IMG/VR virus record: IMGVR_UViG_3300009964_000008
Coordinates: 1-49,182 of that record
DNA: 49,182 nucleotides
Strand: one strand, 5' to 3'
Source of the DNA: a virus
A program made the translations under genes and the position numbers. The notes beneath the pieces are model-generated. The model searched no databases, had not been told where the DNA came from, and saw only the letters and a program-made list of their open reading frames with translations. This document shows positions 29,978 through 39,742 of this stretch, one piece after another (positions within the stretch are counted from its first letter, which is position 1; the number at the start of each line of letters is the position of its first letter).

Positions 29978-31770
29978 TGCAGGCTATTGGCTTTACTAAC
30001 AACAAGCTGACTGGTTGGTCTGTCGTTGAGGATGCTGTGTCTCTTGACCGTGATTCGACAACGGGTGGCTTCTCTGAGTATTCTCTTGAGGGTGCCGGAT
30101 ACGTTGAGGCTGCTGATGTGATGACGAAGGAGATTCGTCTCGACAGTCCTGTCTTTGGCCGTACTCACGCATTTGTCCGGTCAATTACGAACACCCCGTG
30201 GTCGTGGTCTGCGACGTTGAATGACCCGTTCTATCGTCTTGATGTGTCTGCTGAGGTTAAGCACCTTCAGGGTGTGACGATGGATAAGGTTATCGCGCAG
30301 GTGTTTAAGGCTGCGGGTGTCGAGTCTCCGAAGGTGTATGTTGCTAAGCCGACTGCTAATGAGCGTAATCCATTTATTGCACCTAAGACCACTATTGCGA
30401 CTAAAACGTACGATTTTGTTGGCGGTAAGGGTAATTTGTGGACTATCCTCAAGAGCTTCTTGTCTGCTAACAATTATCAGATTACGTGGGTTTATGACAC
30501 GATTGTGCTGTTTGAGAACCACACGGTCCTTACGAGGTTCCAAGGCTCTACTGTAGACTATTCGATTCAGTGGGTTATTGGTGAGCCTTTCTCACATATT
30601 GAGTGTACCTACTACCCTCCTGTAGTCCATGCCACGTCCTCGGACTACAAATCTGGCAATATTGGGGGTACTCGGCCTACTGTTCCAGGCGAAGATCGTA
30701 TTAGTCTTATCCACCCGCAACCGTCTAACAACAAGACGACAGTGGAGTCTATTAAGGCTGCTGAGGTTTTGTCGGTAGAGTCCGGCGAGACTAAAGAGTT
30801 TGTGCTTGAGATTCAAGGGACGATTGATTACCTGTATTCTCAGCCTGAGTGCGTGATGCCTAACGAGGTTGGCACCGACTTCAACATTAGGACTCGCGCT
30901 AACAATCAGGTCTATTTCGCTCGTTCTGTGTATTCAGTCGTTGGTAAGGACAACAAGCCGATTACACCCGCGCAGTGGTATGCCGAGGGTGGTTCGCTCC
31001 ATATCGAGAAAGGTGATGAGGCGAACCAGATCAAAGTGACTGTGACGGGCATGTCGAATGAGCGTCTAGCCCCTTACCGTATTGCCGAGTCGGACGGTCA
31101 GACTGACTACAGCACACTACGTATTTACGGGCACGCTTACCTGTGTGATCAGGAGACGTTGACGTTCTACACAGGCTACCCGTACAAGACGGATGCTGTG
31201 AAGATCGACAGCATGAACCTAACGACTAAGACCCAGGCGTTCGAGGCTTGTGTGTATAAGGCTCAGAGCGCGTTTGGCTATTCTGCTGAGATGGATTGGA
31301 CTGGCACTGTTCCGATGCACGAGTCATACACGGATGTTGTATATGACTTCGAGCGTGAACCTGTGTACTTGTCCGATGTCGATGCTTTTACGGGAGCACC
31401 GTTGCCTGAGAAGGCTGCTGAGAAGTGGCCGAAAGGTACGACCATGAAGAAGATCATGGACGACTTGTTGGAGTTCACGAAGAACAAGCCTGTAGTGTCG
31501 AATCAACAGGTGTTCGGTCGTATTGCTGGGACGACAGCGGTGTATGACCACTTTACGTGGCATATCAAGTCAGCCTCGTATGATGAGTCGAGTGTGAAAG
31601 CCTCTTGTGAAGCGCTTACTCAGGTGTCGGATGTTGCTACAATATTCGATAGGCCACGGGTTGCGGATTATCCTCTTGAGGCTGGTATTACGCTTCGAGA
31701 GTTGACGTTGAAAGGAGTGACGCATAATGAAGCACAATCTGCCGACACCATCCCAGGCATGGGGAAGTGA
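29977..31770 (+). CDS. Tail-associated / baseplate hub protein (by position)
   Basis: ATG in a TGATG overlap, ~597 aa, second gene after the tape measure. Confidence 0.6.
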   Translation: MQAIGFTNNKLTGWSVVEDAVSLDRDSTTGGFSEYSLEGAGYVEAADVMTKEIRLDSPVFGRTHAFVRSITNTPWSWSATLNDPFYRLDVSAEVKHLQGVTMDKVIAQVFKAAGVESPKVYVAKPTANERNPFIAPKTTIATKTYDFVGGKGNLWTILKSFLSANNYQITWVYDTIVLFENHTVLTRFQGSTVDYSIQWVIGEPFSHIECTYYPPVVHATSSDYKSGNIGGTRPTVPGEDRISLIHPQPSNNKTTVESIKAAEVLSVESGETKEFVLEIQGTIDYLYSQPECVMPNEVGTDFNIRTRANNQVYFARSVYSVVGKDNKPITPAQWYAEGGSLHIEKGDEANQIKVTVTGMSNERLAPYRIAESDGQTDYSTLRIYGHAYLCDQETLTFYTGYPYKTDAVKIDSMNLTTKTQAFEACVYKAQSAFGYSAEMDWTGTVPMHESYTDVVYDFEREPVYLSDVDAFTGAPLPEKAAEKWPKGTTMKKIMDDLLEFTKNKPVVSNQQVFGRIAGTTAVYDHFTWHIKSASYDESSVKASCEALTQVSDVATIFDRPRVADYPLEAGITLRELTLKGVTHNEAQSADTIPGMGK

Positions 31771-32335
31771 CATTGACAGGCGCGTAGCGTATCTTGAGAA
31801 TGACATGACCTTGATGAAGAGCAAGGTTAGTAATTCTTATGATGCTGTTAGTGCCTTGACTTCGACACGTGCTGCTAATGGTGTTGCCCAGCCGTTCTAC
31901 CATGAGTTGTTCATTGAACAGCCAGGTGCGAGGCCCGGTATTGGTGCGTATGAGGACTTGTGGACACTGCCCCTTGACTGGGGTTATTCTGGTTCGTTCA
32001 TGCAGTTGTCAATCACAGGTTATCTCTACTTGCCAACGAAGGAGATTGACCTTTCTAACTACACGCACCCCCAGGCTGTCGTTGGTGTGCGCGATAACCA
32101 GATGCGTGAGCGAAAATTGGTTAGCCACGCTAACTCGATTTTCGAGCGTCAGAATAATTCGACTCGCTATGCCTTGTCTTGTTCGTTGTCGTTTACGATG
32201 GTTGTTGATTTCGATAACTTCCAGTATGGCTATGCGTTTATTGGATTTCAGGGGTTGCTTGGACAGCCTGGTTACATTGACAATTACAATGGGCGGGCAC
32301 ATTTGTCTGTCCAACTCTCGGGAGTGAGGTACTAA
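31727..32335 (+). CDS. Minor tail protein
   Basis: RBS AAAGGAG. Overlaps the upstream gene by 44 nt. Confidence 0.6.
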   Translation: MKHNLPTPSQAWGSDIDRRVAYLENDMTLMKSKVSNSYDAVSALTSTRAANGVAQPFYHELFIEQPGARPGIGAYEDLWTLPLDWGYSGSFMQLSITGYLYLPTKEIDLSNYTHPQAVVGVRDNQMRERKLVSHANSIFERQNNSTRYALSCSLSFTMVVDFDNFQYGYAFIGFQGLLGQPGYIDNYNGRAHLSVQLSGVRY

Positions 32336-32336
32336 C

Positions 32337-33017
32337 ATGGGTACGATTAACGATCAGGGCATCTGGAATTACAGCGACAGCGATATTGTGCAGTCGTGGC
32401 CGGTGTTTATGAATCTCGGTTTCAACTCCGTATCGGATGTTGTGAAGGGTCTGCAAAAGGGCCGTGTCATTATTGCTAATAACGCGAGCGATTATGACAC
32501 TAAGCTGGCCGCTATTCGTAAGGCTAGTGCTGGACAGTTCGATGTGTTGATTTACCGTAAGGACACTGGTGAGTTCCTTGTCAACACGAATGGACAGCTG
32601 ACTAAGGTCAGCGGTGGCGACATCGAAGTCGATTACGTTAACGACAACCGCGCCTTTGGTACGTGGTACCGCTATGGTGTGAATGGCGCTAATGCGCAGA
32701 TTAGCCAGAACATTATGCTGCCAAAGAAGGGTGTTTGGCTAATCACGCCACATATCACGATTTCTAATGACTCTACAGCCGGTGCGGTCAACGCGAACAT
32801 CGACCTCTTCTGCTCTGTCGCAGGTGCCCCGCACAAGAACATCGGTGCTATGAATACGTACAACCAGCCAAGTTGTTTCTTGTTCACAGGTAGCCCTATC
32901 CCGTACTATGCCAACACACCTAACAAGAGCGTTGCGGTTGCTGTCAAGATCGCTTGTTCGACAGGCGCTAACGTCGGTTGGGGTGGCCTGGTAGTCGGTG
33001 CTGCGAAGATCGGTTGA
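32337..33017 (+). CDS. Minor tail protein / candidate receptor-binding protein
   Basis: Last rightward gene, at the end of the tail-tip module. Confidence 0.55.
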   Translation: MGTINDQGIWNYSDSDIVQSWPVFMNLGFNSVSDVVKGLQKGRVIIANNASDYDTKLAAIRKASAGQFDVLIYRKDTGEFLVNTNGQLTKVSGGDIEVDYVNDNRAFGTWYRYGVNGANAQISQNIMLPKKGVWLITPHITISNDSTAGAVNANIDLFCSVAGAPHKNIGAMNTYNQPSCFLFTGSPIPYYANTPNKSVAVAVKIACSTGANVGWGGLVVGAAKIG

Positions 33018-33080
33018 TGTGCTATACTAGTCGGTGACAATTATTCACCTCCGTGTGAGTGTTGTTGGGTGTGAGGCACA

Positions 33081-33124
33081 GAAAACCCCTCTGCTAGTTC
33101 TCCTTTCCTAGCAGAGGGGTTTTC
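33081..33124. terminator. Bidirectional terminator between the convergent arms
   Basis: 17-bp perfect stem GAAAACCCCTCTGCTAG/CTAGCAGAGGGGTTTTC, with A-run and T-run flanks in both orientations. Confidence 0.9.
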
Positions 33125-33125
33125 G

Positions 33126-33587
33126 CTATCTAGGCCACCCGTTGTCGAGTGTCCACTTGTGTTTCAGCTCGTGAACAAGGTAGTACACGAGGTGTCGAAA
33201 TGCGTCTCTCACATCGTTTGCGTCCTTGTAGTTCACGTCCTTACCTGTGAGCCACCACCCCAGGTTCTTCAGTGTCGCATCCTTGACAAGGCTCTTGGCT
33301 TGAGCCGGGGTCTGGTAGTGGATGTCATCGACAAACCAGTCAAGGATTGCGTTGACCTTCACTGGGGTAAGGTCTGCTGTGAACTTGTTGGAAGGTCGCA
33401 GGTCGAACTGTTCAGCAACGACAGTAGCCTGTGGGAACTCGTCAAGGTAGTGCTTGATGAGTTCTGCTGTCTCAATATGTGTCGCACAGATGAACTGCTC
33501 GAAGTGTAGAATCTCCACTTCTTCTTCAACACGCGCCACAACTAGACCTGTGTTAACACCTGGGTCAATTGCTATTACTGTCGTCAT
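33126..33587 (-). CDS. RuvC-like Holliday junction resolvase
   Basis: N-terminal VIAIDPGVNTG catalytic-Asp motif of the RNase H/RuvC fold. Last gene of the replication arm. Confidence 0.65.
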   Translation of the reverse strand: MTTVIAIDPGVNTGLVVARVEEEVEILHFEQFICATHIETAELIKHYLDEFPQATVVAEQFDLRPSNKFTADLTPVKVNAILDWFVDDIHYQTPAQAKSLVKDATLKNLGWWLTGKDVNYKDANDVRDAFRHLVYYLVHELKHKWTLDNGWPR

Positions 33588-33858
33588 TTCTTTCCATCCC
33601 ATCATCACTCAAGACGTTGTAGTTTGTTCCTGCATACTTGTTTCGTCCAGTCGGTGAAAGACCGCCGAATACACCTGAGCGCCACTTCTTACCATCCACA
33701 GGTGTTTCTTCTGCTTCTAGGCAATCTTTGAGGCATTGCTCTCGAATGGGGCATTGTGCGCAGAAGGATCTGACAACTTCGGTGTAGAGTGTTGAGTCGT
33801 AGAACCACTCTGTTGGTGCATTGATGCAGTGTGCCTGTTCGTAGATGTCTACACTCAT
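33565..33858 (-). CDS. whiB: WhiB-family transcription factor
   Basis: C-x21-C-x2-C-x5-C cysteine pattern and the GVFGG turn motif. Confidence 0.85.
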   Translation of the reverse strand: MSVDIYEQAHCINAPTEWFYDSTLYTEVVRSFCAQCPIREQCLKDCLEAEETPVDGKKWRSGVFGGLSPTGRNKYAGTNYNVLSDDGMERNDDSNSN

Positions 33859-35915
33859 ACTTCCTCCCAGTTATTGCCAACCTCAGCTTCAGCAGCAAAC
33901 GGCACGCGATCAAAGACTAGTGTCGCTGCCTTAGCCATTTCGCGCTCCATCATCCTGGAGCACTCTTCGATGGTTTCTTCCGGGCACTCAACGTAGGTAG
34001 CGTCATGGACGAGGCCAATCAGCTTAGCTCCGTACTTCCCTACTTGTTCGTTGATCTTGATTGCTGCATTGAGGCAGATGTCGTTTGCAGTGGACTGCGG
34101 AACAAAGGCGAGTGCTTCGTTCTGTGTCGAACTGTAGTTGTTGTCCGACACGAACAGAGGGTTGAAGGTGAGTCCGAACTTGGTTTTACGTTCGTTGTCC
34201 TCTTCCTTACGTCCGACGCTATGGCGTACTCGTGTCTGCCAGTCTCGAAGTCCTGGGTAGGCACCGAGGTATTGATCGACAACGTGCTGCGCAGTTTCAA
34301 ATGGCTGTTCAAGAGCTGTCGCAATAGCGGCAACACCACGGCCATAGTTGAGGCCGTACACCACGCTCTTGACCAGTGCGCGCCTGTTCTTAGCAGTCTT
34401 TGGCTGTTCGTGCTTGAACGCCTCATATGCTTCGATTGTCGGGAACTCTTCAGGCCAGATTTTTGTCATCAGGTCATCGAAGAAGTCAGGCGCACCCGGC
34501 TGGAAGGCAGCAATCATGGCCTCGTCATCCGCAAGCTCTGCGACAGTACGCAGCTCTGCTTGAGAGTAGTCACATGAGATGATCTTGCACCCTGGCGCAG
34601 CGACAAGGGCACGCTTAATACCACTGTCGCGCCCCATCGTCTGAATCGCCGGACCCTTGGCCGACAGACGGCCAGTCTTCGCACCGTGAGGAAGGTAGTA
34701 TGGGTGGATACGTCCATCCTCACCGACCTTACGTCGCACGTTGGCAATGAAGCTACCAATCACCTTAGCTGCGTAGCGGTAGGCAAGTAGCGCGTCGATG
34801 AACTCAGTCTCCTTGCCTTCGCGTCGCAGCTTTTTCAGGTGGTCTGAGTCGAAAGACGGGGAGGAAACACCCTTGGACTTGAAGTAGTCCTTGATCTGCT
34901 TAGGTGACTGCGGGTTGAAGTCGTCGCCTGCGTGCTTTTTCAAGACAGCAAGGTTCTCGTCACACTGACACTTATATTTTTCTTCCAGCTCATCGAGAGC
35001 ATCGAGCGACACCGCAACACCGTTCATCTGCACGTCGTTCAGAACCTTCGTGACCTGCATACGGTAGCGGTAGTAGTAGTCGTACTTTCCGCTGTTCTTG
35101 AGCATCGGAAGGAAGTATTCGTACAGCTTGTGGGTCCACACAACATCTGCCAGGTTGTACTCATAGAGCTTTTCCCTGGGGATGTTCTCGAAGTATGCCC
35201 CACCCTTCAGGTACGACTTCGCATCCGAGTCCCAATCTTCAGCACGCAACCAGCGGCGAGCAAGAGGTTTCAACCCGTGCTCGCCCGCCAGGTTGTCGAG
35301 CACGAAGTGCATCAGCAGCGTGTCCTCATGATGGTACACACGGATACCGAGGCGTTTCGACAGGTAGGGCATATCGAACGTGCCATTGTGACAGACAACC
35401 GTACAGGTGTCGCACAGACGCTTGATAAGGTCTGCGGCCTTGTCGGTCTCGGCAAGCTCTTCAGGGATGACGACACCGAACTTGCCGTTCCACAGGGCAA
35501 TCGACAAGATACGACCAGCAGCAAAAGTGTCTTCGTCAATGTCGCCTGCGGACTCGATGTCGAGAGCAATCAGTGTGCCAGGCTTGAACGTGATGTCCTC
35601 GCCCTGCCAGATCACCCAGTCCTTACCTTGCTTCAGACCAAGCTGCTCTGCACCCAGGTAGGCGTATTGCAATGCCTGAGCGAGGAACAGACCAGCCTGC
35701 GGATTAGTGACGATCTGCTTAGGTGAGAGTGTCTTGTATGCCTTGCCCTTGTAACCCTTGACAGTGCCGAGGGTGATCTTAATATCCTCGTCATTCACGT
35801 CGTCAGTGATTTCGACGTGCATTTCTGTCGAAAGGCCGGATACTACGAGTGCCCGCCTAAGAAGAATCTGTGCAAGAACAGGCAGCTTGTCACAGTCTTC
35901 AGTCAGAATCTTCAT
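33855..35915 (-). CDS. Family A DNA polymerase with 3'-5' exonuclease domain
   Basis: Exonuclease motifs ALDIES and HNGTFD. Polymerase motif A CDYSQAELR, motif B RRALVKSVVYGLNYG and motif C VHDA. Confidence 0.9.
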   Translation of the reverse strand: MKILTEDCDKLPVLAQILLRRALVVSGLSTEMHVEITDDVNDEDIKITLGTVKGYKGKAYKTLSPKQIVTNPQAGLFLAQALQYAYLGAEQLGLKQGKDWVIWQGEDITFKPGTLIALDIESAGDIDEDTFAAGRILSIALWNGKFGVVIPEELAETDKAADLIKRLCDTCTVVCHNGTFDMPYLSKRLGIRVYHHEDTLLMHFVLDNLAGEHGLKPLARRWLRAEDWDSDAKSYLKGGAYFENIPREKLYEYNLADVVWTHKLYEYFLPMLKNSGKYDYYYRYRMQVTKVLNDVQMNGVAVSLDALDELEEKYKCQCDENLAVLKKHAGDDFNPQSPKQIKDYFKSKGVSSPSFDSDHLKKLRREGKETEFIDALLAYRYAAKVIGSFIANVRRKVGEDGRIHPYYLPHGAKTGRLSAKGPAIQTMGRDSGIKRALVAAPGCKIISCDYSQAELRTVAELADDEAMIAAFQPGAPDFFDDLMTKIWPEEFPTIEAYEAFKHEQPKTAKNRRALVKSVVYGLNYGRGVAAIATALEQPFETAQHVVDQYLGAYPGLRDWQTRVRHSVGRKEEDNERKTKFGLTFNPLFVSDNNYSSTQNEALAFVPQSTANDICLNAAIKINEQVGKYGAKLIGLVHDATYVECPEETIEECSRMMEREMAKAATLVFDRVPFAAEAEVGNNWEEV

Positions 35916-38227
35916 ACCTGCCCTCCCGTATACTTAATGAATCGTTCGTTATTTGTCTTGCCCTTCACGACTTCTTGGATAACTCCACGCGCCTGGGCAT
36001 ATGTGATGATTTCCTTCAGTTCACGCATACCGCTGATTTCAGACTGGAACTTCAACATGAGTTTCGGAATCGAAACCATACCGTTGTCGGTGCGTGCAAC
36101 GAAGTTAATGAGCTTATCAACCTTGTTACTGAAGTTAGAGTTCTTCACGTGGTGAATGAACACCTCGTTACTGGACAGCCAGATGGACGCAAGAGAGATA
36201 GCCTTGAGCATTTCGCGCATCGTCACAACGACAGTGCCCTTTGTTGTCGGCCCGTTATACATGGCAAGCAAGGCCGCGATACGCAACACCGAGAAGGTCA
36301 TACGCTCAGTGCCGGGGAACAGCTCACGGCTGTTCAGCATGTGCCGCTCGGCAAGAACCTTGGCTTCTTCCGAGAACTCAATCCAGCGCTCAAACACACC
36401 CGTCTCGAACTCGATAGGGATACGGACTTCCTCGTTCTCCATGCGCTGCGCACGACGTGCGTTGAACGTAGTGTCGAACTTGCTTACAGACTTGATGAGG
36501 TTCGACAGCATGAAGTCACGCTGCTTGTCCTCAATACGGCCTGTCGATGCGCTCACGGTCACGAGCTTCACGTCCTGGGAGGACGTGATGTACTTGTCGC
36601 GGTCGTCAATGACGACAAGGCAGCGGGGCGTGAAGCCGGACTCCACCTTCTCGGTCGTCAGGTGCTTCGCGGCCTGGTCCAAAATGCCCGTCCCGTAAAA
36701 CGTCATGTAGTACGGGGTGGCAGTCTGGTAGGCGACCTTGCCGCCCTTGTCTTTACGTGCAACAGCCGGAATGTAGCCGTCGTATGACTTGGTGAGGAAT
36801 GGCATCATAGATGCCATATAACTACCCTTCTGGGCGGCGTGTGCGAAGAAGTCTTGAACCTCGTCAATAGCGAAGAGGCCGCTTTCTTTCGGCTTGGTGC
36901 GCAGATACGCAGACAATGCCTCGCCTGTCGAATCTTCCGGTGCAATGAAAGCATCTGGCCCCTTGCCGATACCGACAGCTACGTCTCGCATCATGGACTC
37001 AGCGAGGCGCAGAGACGTGGACTTTCGGGACTGGGTGGTACGGCCAAGAACCAGGAAGTACAAGTTCAATGGCATCTTCTGCACGTTGGTAGGCAGGAAG
37101 GCGTACTTGGCAAACATCGAAGAAAGAATGGCAAGAGCGCCCGCGTAGTGGAACTGCTTAGGGGCCATTGCCGACTTGGTTGATGCCCATGCTGCGAACT
37201 GATCGACAAAGAGGCCCATCGGTTCTTCTTCGCCCACGTGCAAGAAGTCCACGTCTTGAAGGGTGAGTTCGCGTGCTTCGCTCAGGAGGTACGAGGCACC
37301 GATACGGGTCGATGCTTCGAGATCGTTCTCTGTCGGCCCGCTGTGTTCTGCCTTCCAGCGTGCGTAGTCACGGTTGATCTGCTTCCACAGGTATCCGTCG
37401 CCGCGTCCGTCTGCCTCAAACTTGTTGAACTCGGTGGCACGCACAACGGCAAATGCTTCAACAATTGAACAACCTTCTTCCCAAAGGGCACACTGAAGGT
37501 GGTACATCTTCGAGCTACGATCTTCGTCATCGTTGAAGGTGTCGTCCGTAGCCAGGTCCGTGATGTAGCTACGGTTCACCATGCCCAACACCTCAAACAT
37601 TGACGGGATATCGGTGGGGAAGTCTTCTTCCTCAATGCCCATACGTTCGACAGGCGCGTACTCGGCGGCGAACTCAGCAGCGGTGATAGCCTCGTCGTTA
37701 ATGGTGAGAGTGATCCCCCAGGGCTTCACCTTCTTGAGGTTGTGCGTGAATGGGACGCGGAGCTTCTTGGACAGAGGCCAGCCTCGGTCCATGCCGTCGT
37801 TCTTGTGTGCTTCGTACAGTCCTCGTGAGAGGGCTTCAAGCATGTCGTTCGACAGGTCGTCTGCGTCGGTCAGCAGCCAGTATCCCTGCCAGTGCTTCTC
37901 ACTGGTCTGAACAGTGATTGTCGGCTTGATCTTCAGCTTGTCGAGCGGACAGTCATCACCGTCTGCCCAGACGCACGCTGCCTTGGTCACGTTGTCTTTG
38001 GCTGCGTGCCTCGTGTTCGACAGGGCCGGGGGCTTGGTGTACAGGAATGGAGAGTAGTACACGTCCAGATCAGCGTTAGCCTCGGCGTATGCCACCATTT
38101 TGTCGAGTTGCGTGGGCAGCTCGAACCAGCGGAAGTTGGTGAGACCGCCCATAGGCCCCTTGAGGATGATTGGTGTCCAGCCTTCGCCCGCTGGGAGGAC
38201 TGCTTGGAAGAACTCTTTGAGGTCCAT
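35912..38227 (-). CDS. Primase-polymerase / helicase fusion protein
   Basis: N-terminal AEP-like WADGDD and SEKHWQGYW. A central P-loop-like GRTTQSRKST resembles DUF3987. 771 aa, adjacent to the polymerase. Confidence 0.6.
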   Translation of the reverse strand: MDLKEFFQAVLPAGEGWTPIILKGPMGGLTNFRWFELPTQLDKMVAYAEANADLDVYYSPFLYTKPPALSNTRHAAKDNVTKAACVWADGDDCPLDKLKIKPTITVQTSEKHWQGYWLLTDADDLSNDMLEALSRGLYEAHKNDGMDRGWPLSKKLRVPFTHNLKKVKPWGITLTINDEAITAAEFAAEYAPVERMGIEEEDFPTDIPSMFEVLGMVNRSYITDLATDDTFNDDEDRSSKMYHLQCALWEEGCSIVEAFAVVRATEFNKFEADGRGDGYLWKQINRDYARWKAEHSGPTENDLEASTRIGASYLLSEARELTLQDVDFLHVGEEEPMGLFVDQFAAWASTKSAMAPKQFHYAGALAILSSMFAKYAFLPTNVQKMPLNLYFLVLGRTTQSRKSTSLRLAESMMRDVAVGIGKGPDAFIAPEDSTGEALSAYLRTKPKESGLFAIDEVQDFFAHAAQKGSYMASMMPFLTKSYDGYIPAVARKDKGGKVAYQTATPYYMTFYGTGILDQAAKHLTTEKVESGFTPRCLVVIDDRDKYITSSQDVKLVTVSASTGRIEDKQRDFMLSNLIKSVSKFDTTFNARRAQRMENEEVRIPIEFETGVFERWIEFSEEAKVLAERHMLNSRELFPGTERMTFSVLRIAALLAMYNGPTTKGTVVVTMREMLKAISLASIWLSSNEVFIHHVKNSNFSNKVDKLINFVARTDNGMVSIPKLMLKFQSEISGMRELKEIITYAQARGVIQEVVKGKTNNERFIKYTGGQV

Positions 38228-38248
38228 TGCTCTCCTTTCTGCTTGTAT

Positions 38249-38277
38249 ATAGTACGGCGGGCCGCACCCAGTGTCAA
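38249..38277 (-). promoter_or_regulatory. Promoter TTGACA-17-TACTAT interleaved with an 11-bp hairpin
   Basis: rc of 38272-38277 is TTGACA and rc of 38249-38254 is TACTAT. Confidence 0.55.
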
Positions 38278-38290
38278 GATGCGGCCCGCC
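38256..38290 (-). terminator. GC-rich 11-bp stem-loop after the SSB-like gene (no U-run)
   Basis: GGCGGGCCGCA(38256-38266)/TGCGGCCCGCC(38280-38290). The loop contains the -35 box. Confidence 0.4.
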
Positions 38291-38299
38291 TAGTGAAGA

Positions 38300-38761
38300 T
38301 CAGAGTTCGATCCTAGATGCCTTAGACTTCTTCTTAGCCTTGGTCTCGTCCCACTCAACCTTCTTGACATCGTTGCTCTTGCGGACCTCACCGCCCGACT
38401 CGTACTCGCGGATGTCGAGTGTAACAGTAGCGGTCTTGCCAACAAGGTCAAGTGCGACCTTGTTGAAATACGCCTCATCACGGGCAGCGACATCATCCGG
38501 CCAGGTGTTGCCGGATGCCTCGCAGAACTTGGGCAGGTCCCAGTGAAGCCCGTTGTTGGTGACAATGGTGTACCACTGTCGAACTCGTCGTGCCGCGTGG
38601 TCGCCCTCGTTGACAACGTAGTCGATGGTAAACATCGGCTTGTCCTTCTTGTTAGCACCGAAGGTGCAGTCATCGACAGTCACCTTGTACTGGCCCTTGG
38701 GCAGCGGCTCAAAGGACATCGGGGCAGCAACTTCCATAGACATAAGTTCAGCGAGATTCAT
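38300..38761 (-). CDS. DUF669-like putative ssDNA-binding protein
   Basis: FEPLPKGQYKVTV...MFTIDYVV pattern and synteny with a Sak4-like ATPase and a Cas4-like nuclease. Confidence 0.55.
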   Translation of the reverse strand: MNLAELMSMEVAAPMSFEPLPKGQYKVTVDDCTFGANKKDKPMFTIDYVVNEGDHAARRVRQWYTIVTNNGLHWDLPKFCEASGNTWPDDVAARDEAYFNKVALDLVGKTATVTLDIREYESGGEVRKSNDVKKVEWDETKAKKKSKASRIEL

Positions 38762-38763
38762 GA

Positions 38764-38958
38764 TCAGTTCTCCTTCTTGTTGGTGTTGTATTCTTCAATG
38801 GTTTCGGGTAGCCAGCCAAGTGAGGCAGTCCGCTTGTGGGTAACGATAGCGTCAGGCTCGGGGAACTTCCCGTTGTTGATACGATACAGGATAGTCGTTC
38901 GTCCAACGCCTGTTCGCTGGGACGCTTCGTCAATCGACAGATACTTAGTCGTCATCAT
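38764..38958 (-). CDS. AlpA/excisionase-type HTH DNA-binding protein
   Basis: LSIDEASQRTGVGRTTILYRINNGKFP matches the HTH_17 pattern. The ATG overlaps the upstream stop. Confidence 0.65.
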   Translation of the reverse strand: MMTTKYLSIDEASQRTGVGRTTILYRINNGKFPEPDAIVTHKRTASLGWLPETIEEYNTNKKEN

Positions 38959-39727
38959 TCTCCTTGTCCGGCTTGGTGTCGCAATGCTCATGGACCCAAC
39001 CCATGATCTTCTCCATTGTCGTGTTTCCAGACATGGACGGCATCGGGTCGAATCGCGTCTTTGTCAGCACTTCAGACGAAGACCGGACGGTCATGACCGT
39101 GACCAGCTCTTCATTGTCGTCGTCTCCCACGTCCTCCCACGTCATGCGGGAGATAATATCGAAGATTGCGGGCAGCTTCTTGAAGCTCTGCTTACCCTCA
39201 AACGACGGTCCAATCAGGGACATGCGTGACACATCGTTCACTTCGCGCGCTTCATGCGTGATGCAGATGATGTTCAGGCCCATGTCGAAACTGATCTTGT
39301 TGACCAGATCAATGATCTTCTCGTATGTAGCGTCCCACATGGCAAAGCTGTCATTGGGTTTCGTGCTCTTAAAATGGAACTTGATAAGCTCCTGAAGCCG
39401 GTCAACCGTGTCGATGACGATAGTCTTGAACGGCATGTCCTTCTTCTTGCTAATCTCGACAAGGAGTTCAGCAAACTTCTGGTAGGTTGCTGGCTGTACG
39501 ACGAGCATGTTGTCCAGGTCGCCGTACTTAGCTGCGGGCACGGTGCCGCGCTCCAAGTCAATGTAGAGGACTGGTCCCAGCTCTTCGACCTTAGAGGCCG
39601 AAACTGCGAGCGAAGTCTTCCCAGTTCCCGACATGCCGTAAATCAGCATCTTGATCTTTGGGGTAGTGACACGGGGGTCAGACACTTCGATGTCGATTCC
39701 CTTGAGAAATGAATCAAACTTTCCCAT
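38945..39727 (-). CDS. Sak4-like AAA ATPase (RecA-fold recombination protein)
   Basis: Walker A YGMSGTGKTS and Walker B IVIDT. RBS GAAAGGAGAAACA-ATG. Confidence 0.7.
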   Translation of the reverse strand: MGKFDSFLKGIDIEVSDPRVTTPKIKMLIYGMSGTGKTSLAVSASKVEELGPVLYIDLERGTVPAAKYGDLDNMLVVQPATYQKFAELLVEISKKKDMPFKTIVIDTVDRLQELIKFHFKSTKPNDSFAMWDATYEKIIDLVNKISFDMGLNIICITHEAREVNDVSRMSLIGPSFEGKQSFKKLPAIFDIISRMTWEDVGDDDNEELVTVMTVRSSSEVLTKTRFDPMPSMSGNTTMEKIMGWVHEHCDTKPDKENDDD

Positions 39728-39742
39728 TGTTTCTCCTTTCTG

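Noticed and set aside
31727-33017. Diversity-generating retroelement or shufflon at the tail-fibre genes
   Set aside because: There is no reverse transcriptase or invertase gene anywhere in the genome. No template/variable repeat pair or inverted-repeat crossover sites were seen around the tail-tip genes.
38303-38313. GTTCGATCC T-loop-like string on the + strand
   Set aside because: It lies at the 3' end of the SSB-like coding sequence, has no flanking 5-bp stem or acceptor pairing, and is a chance match.
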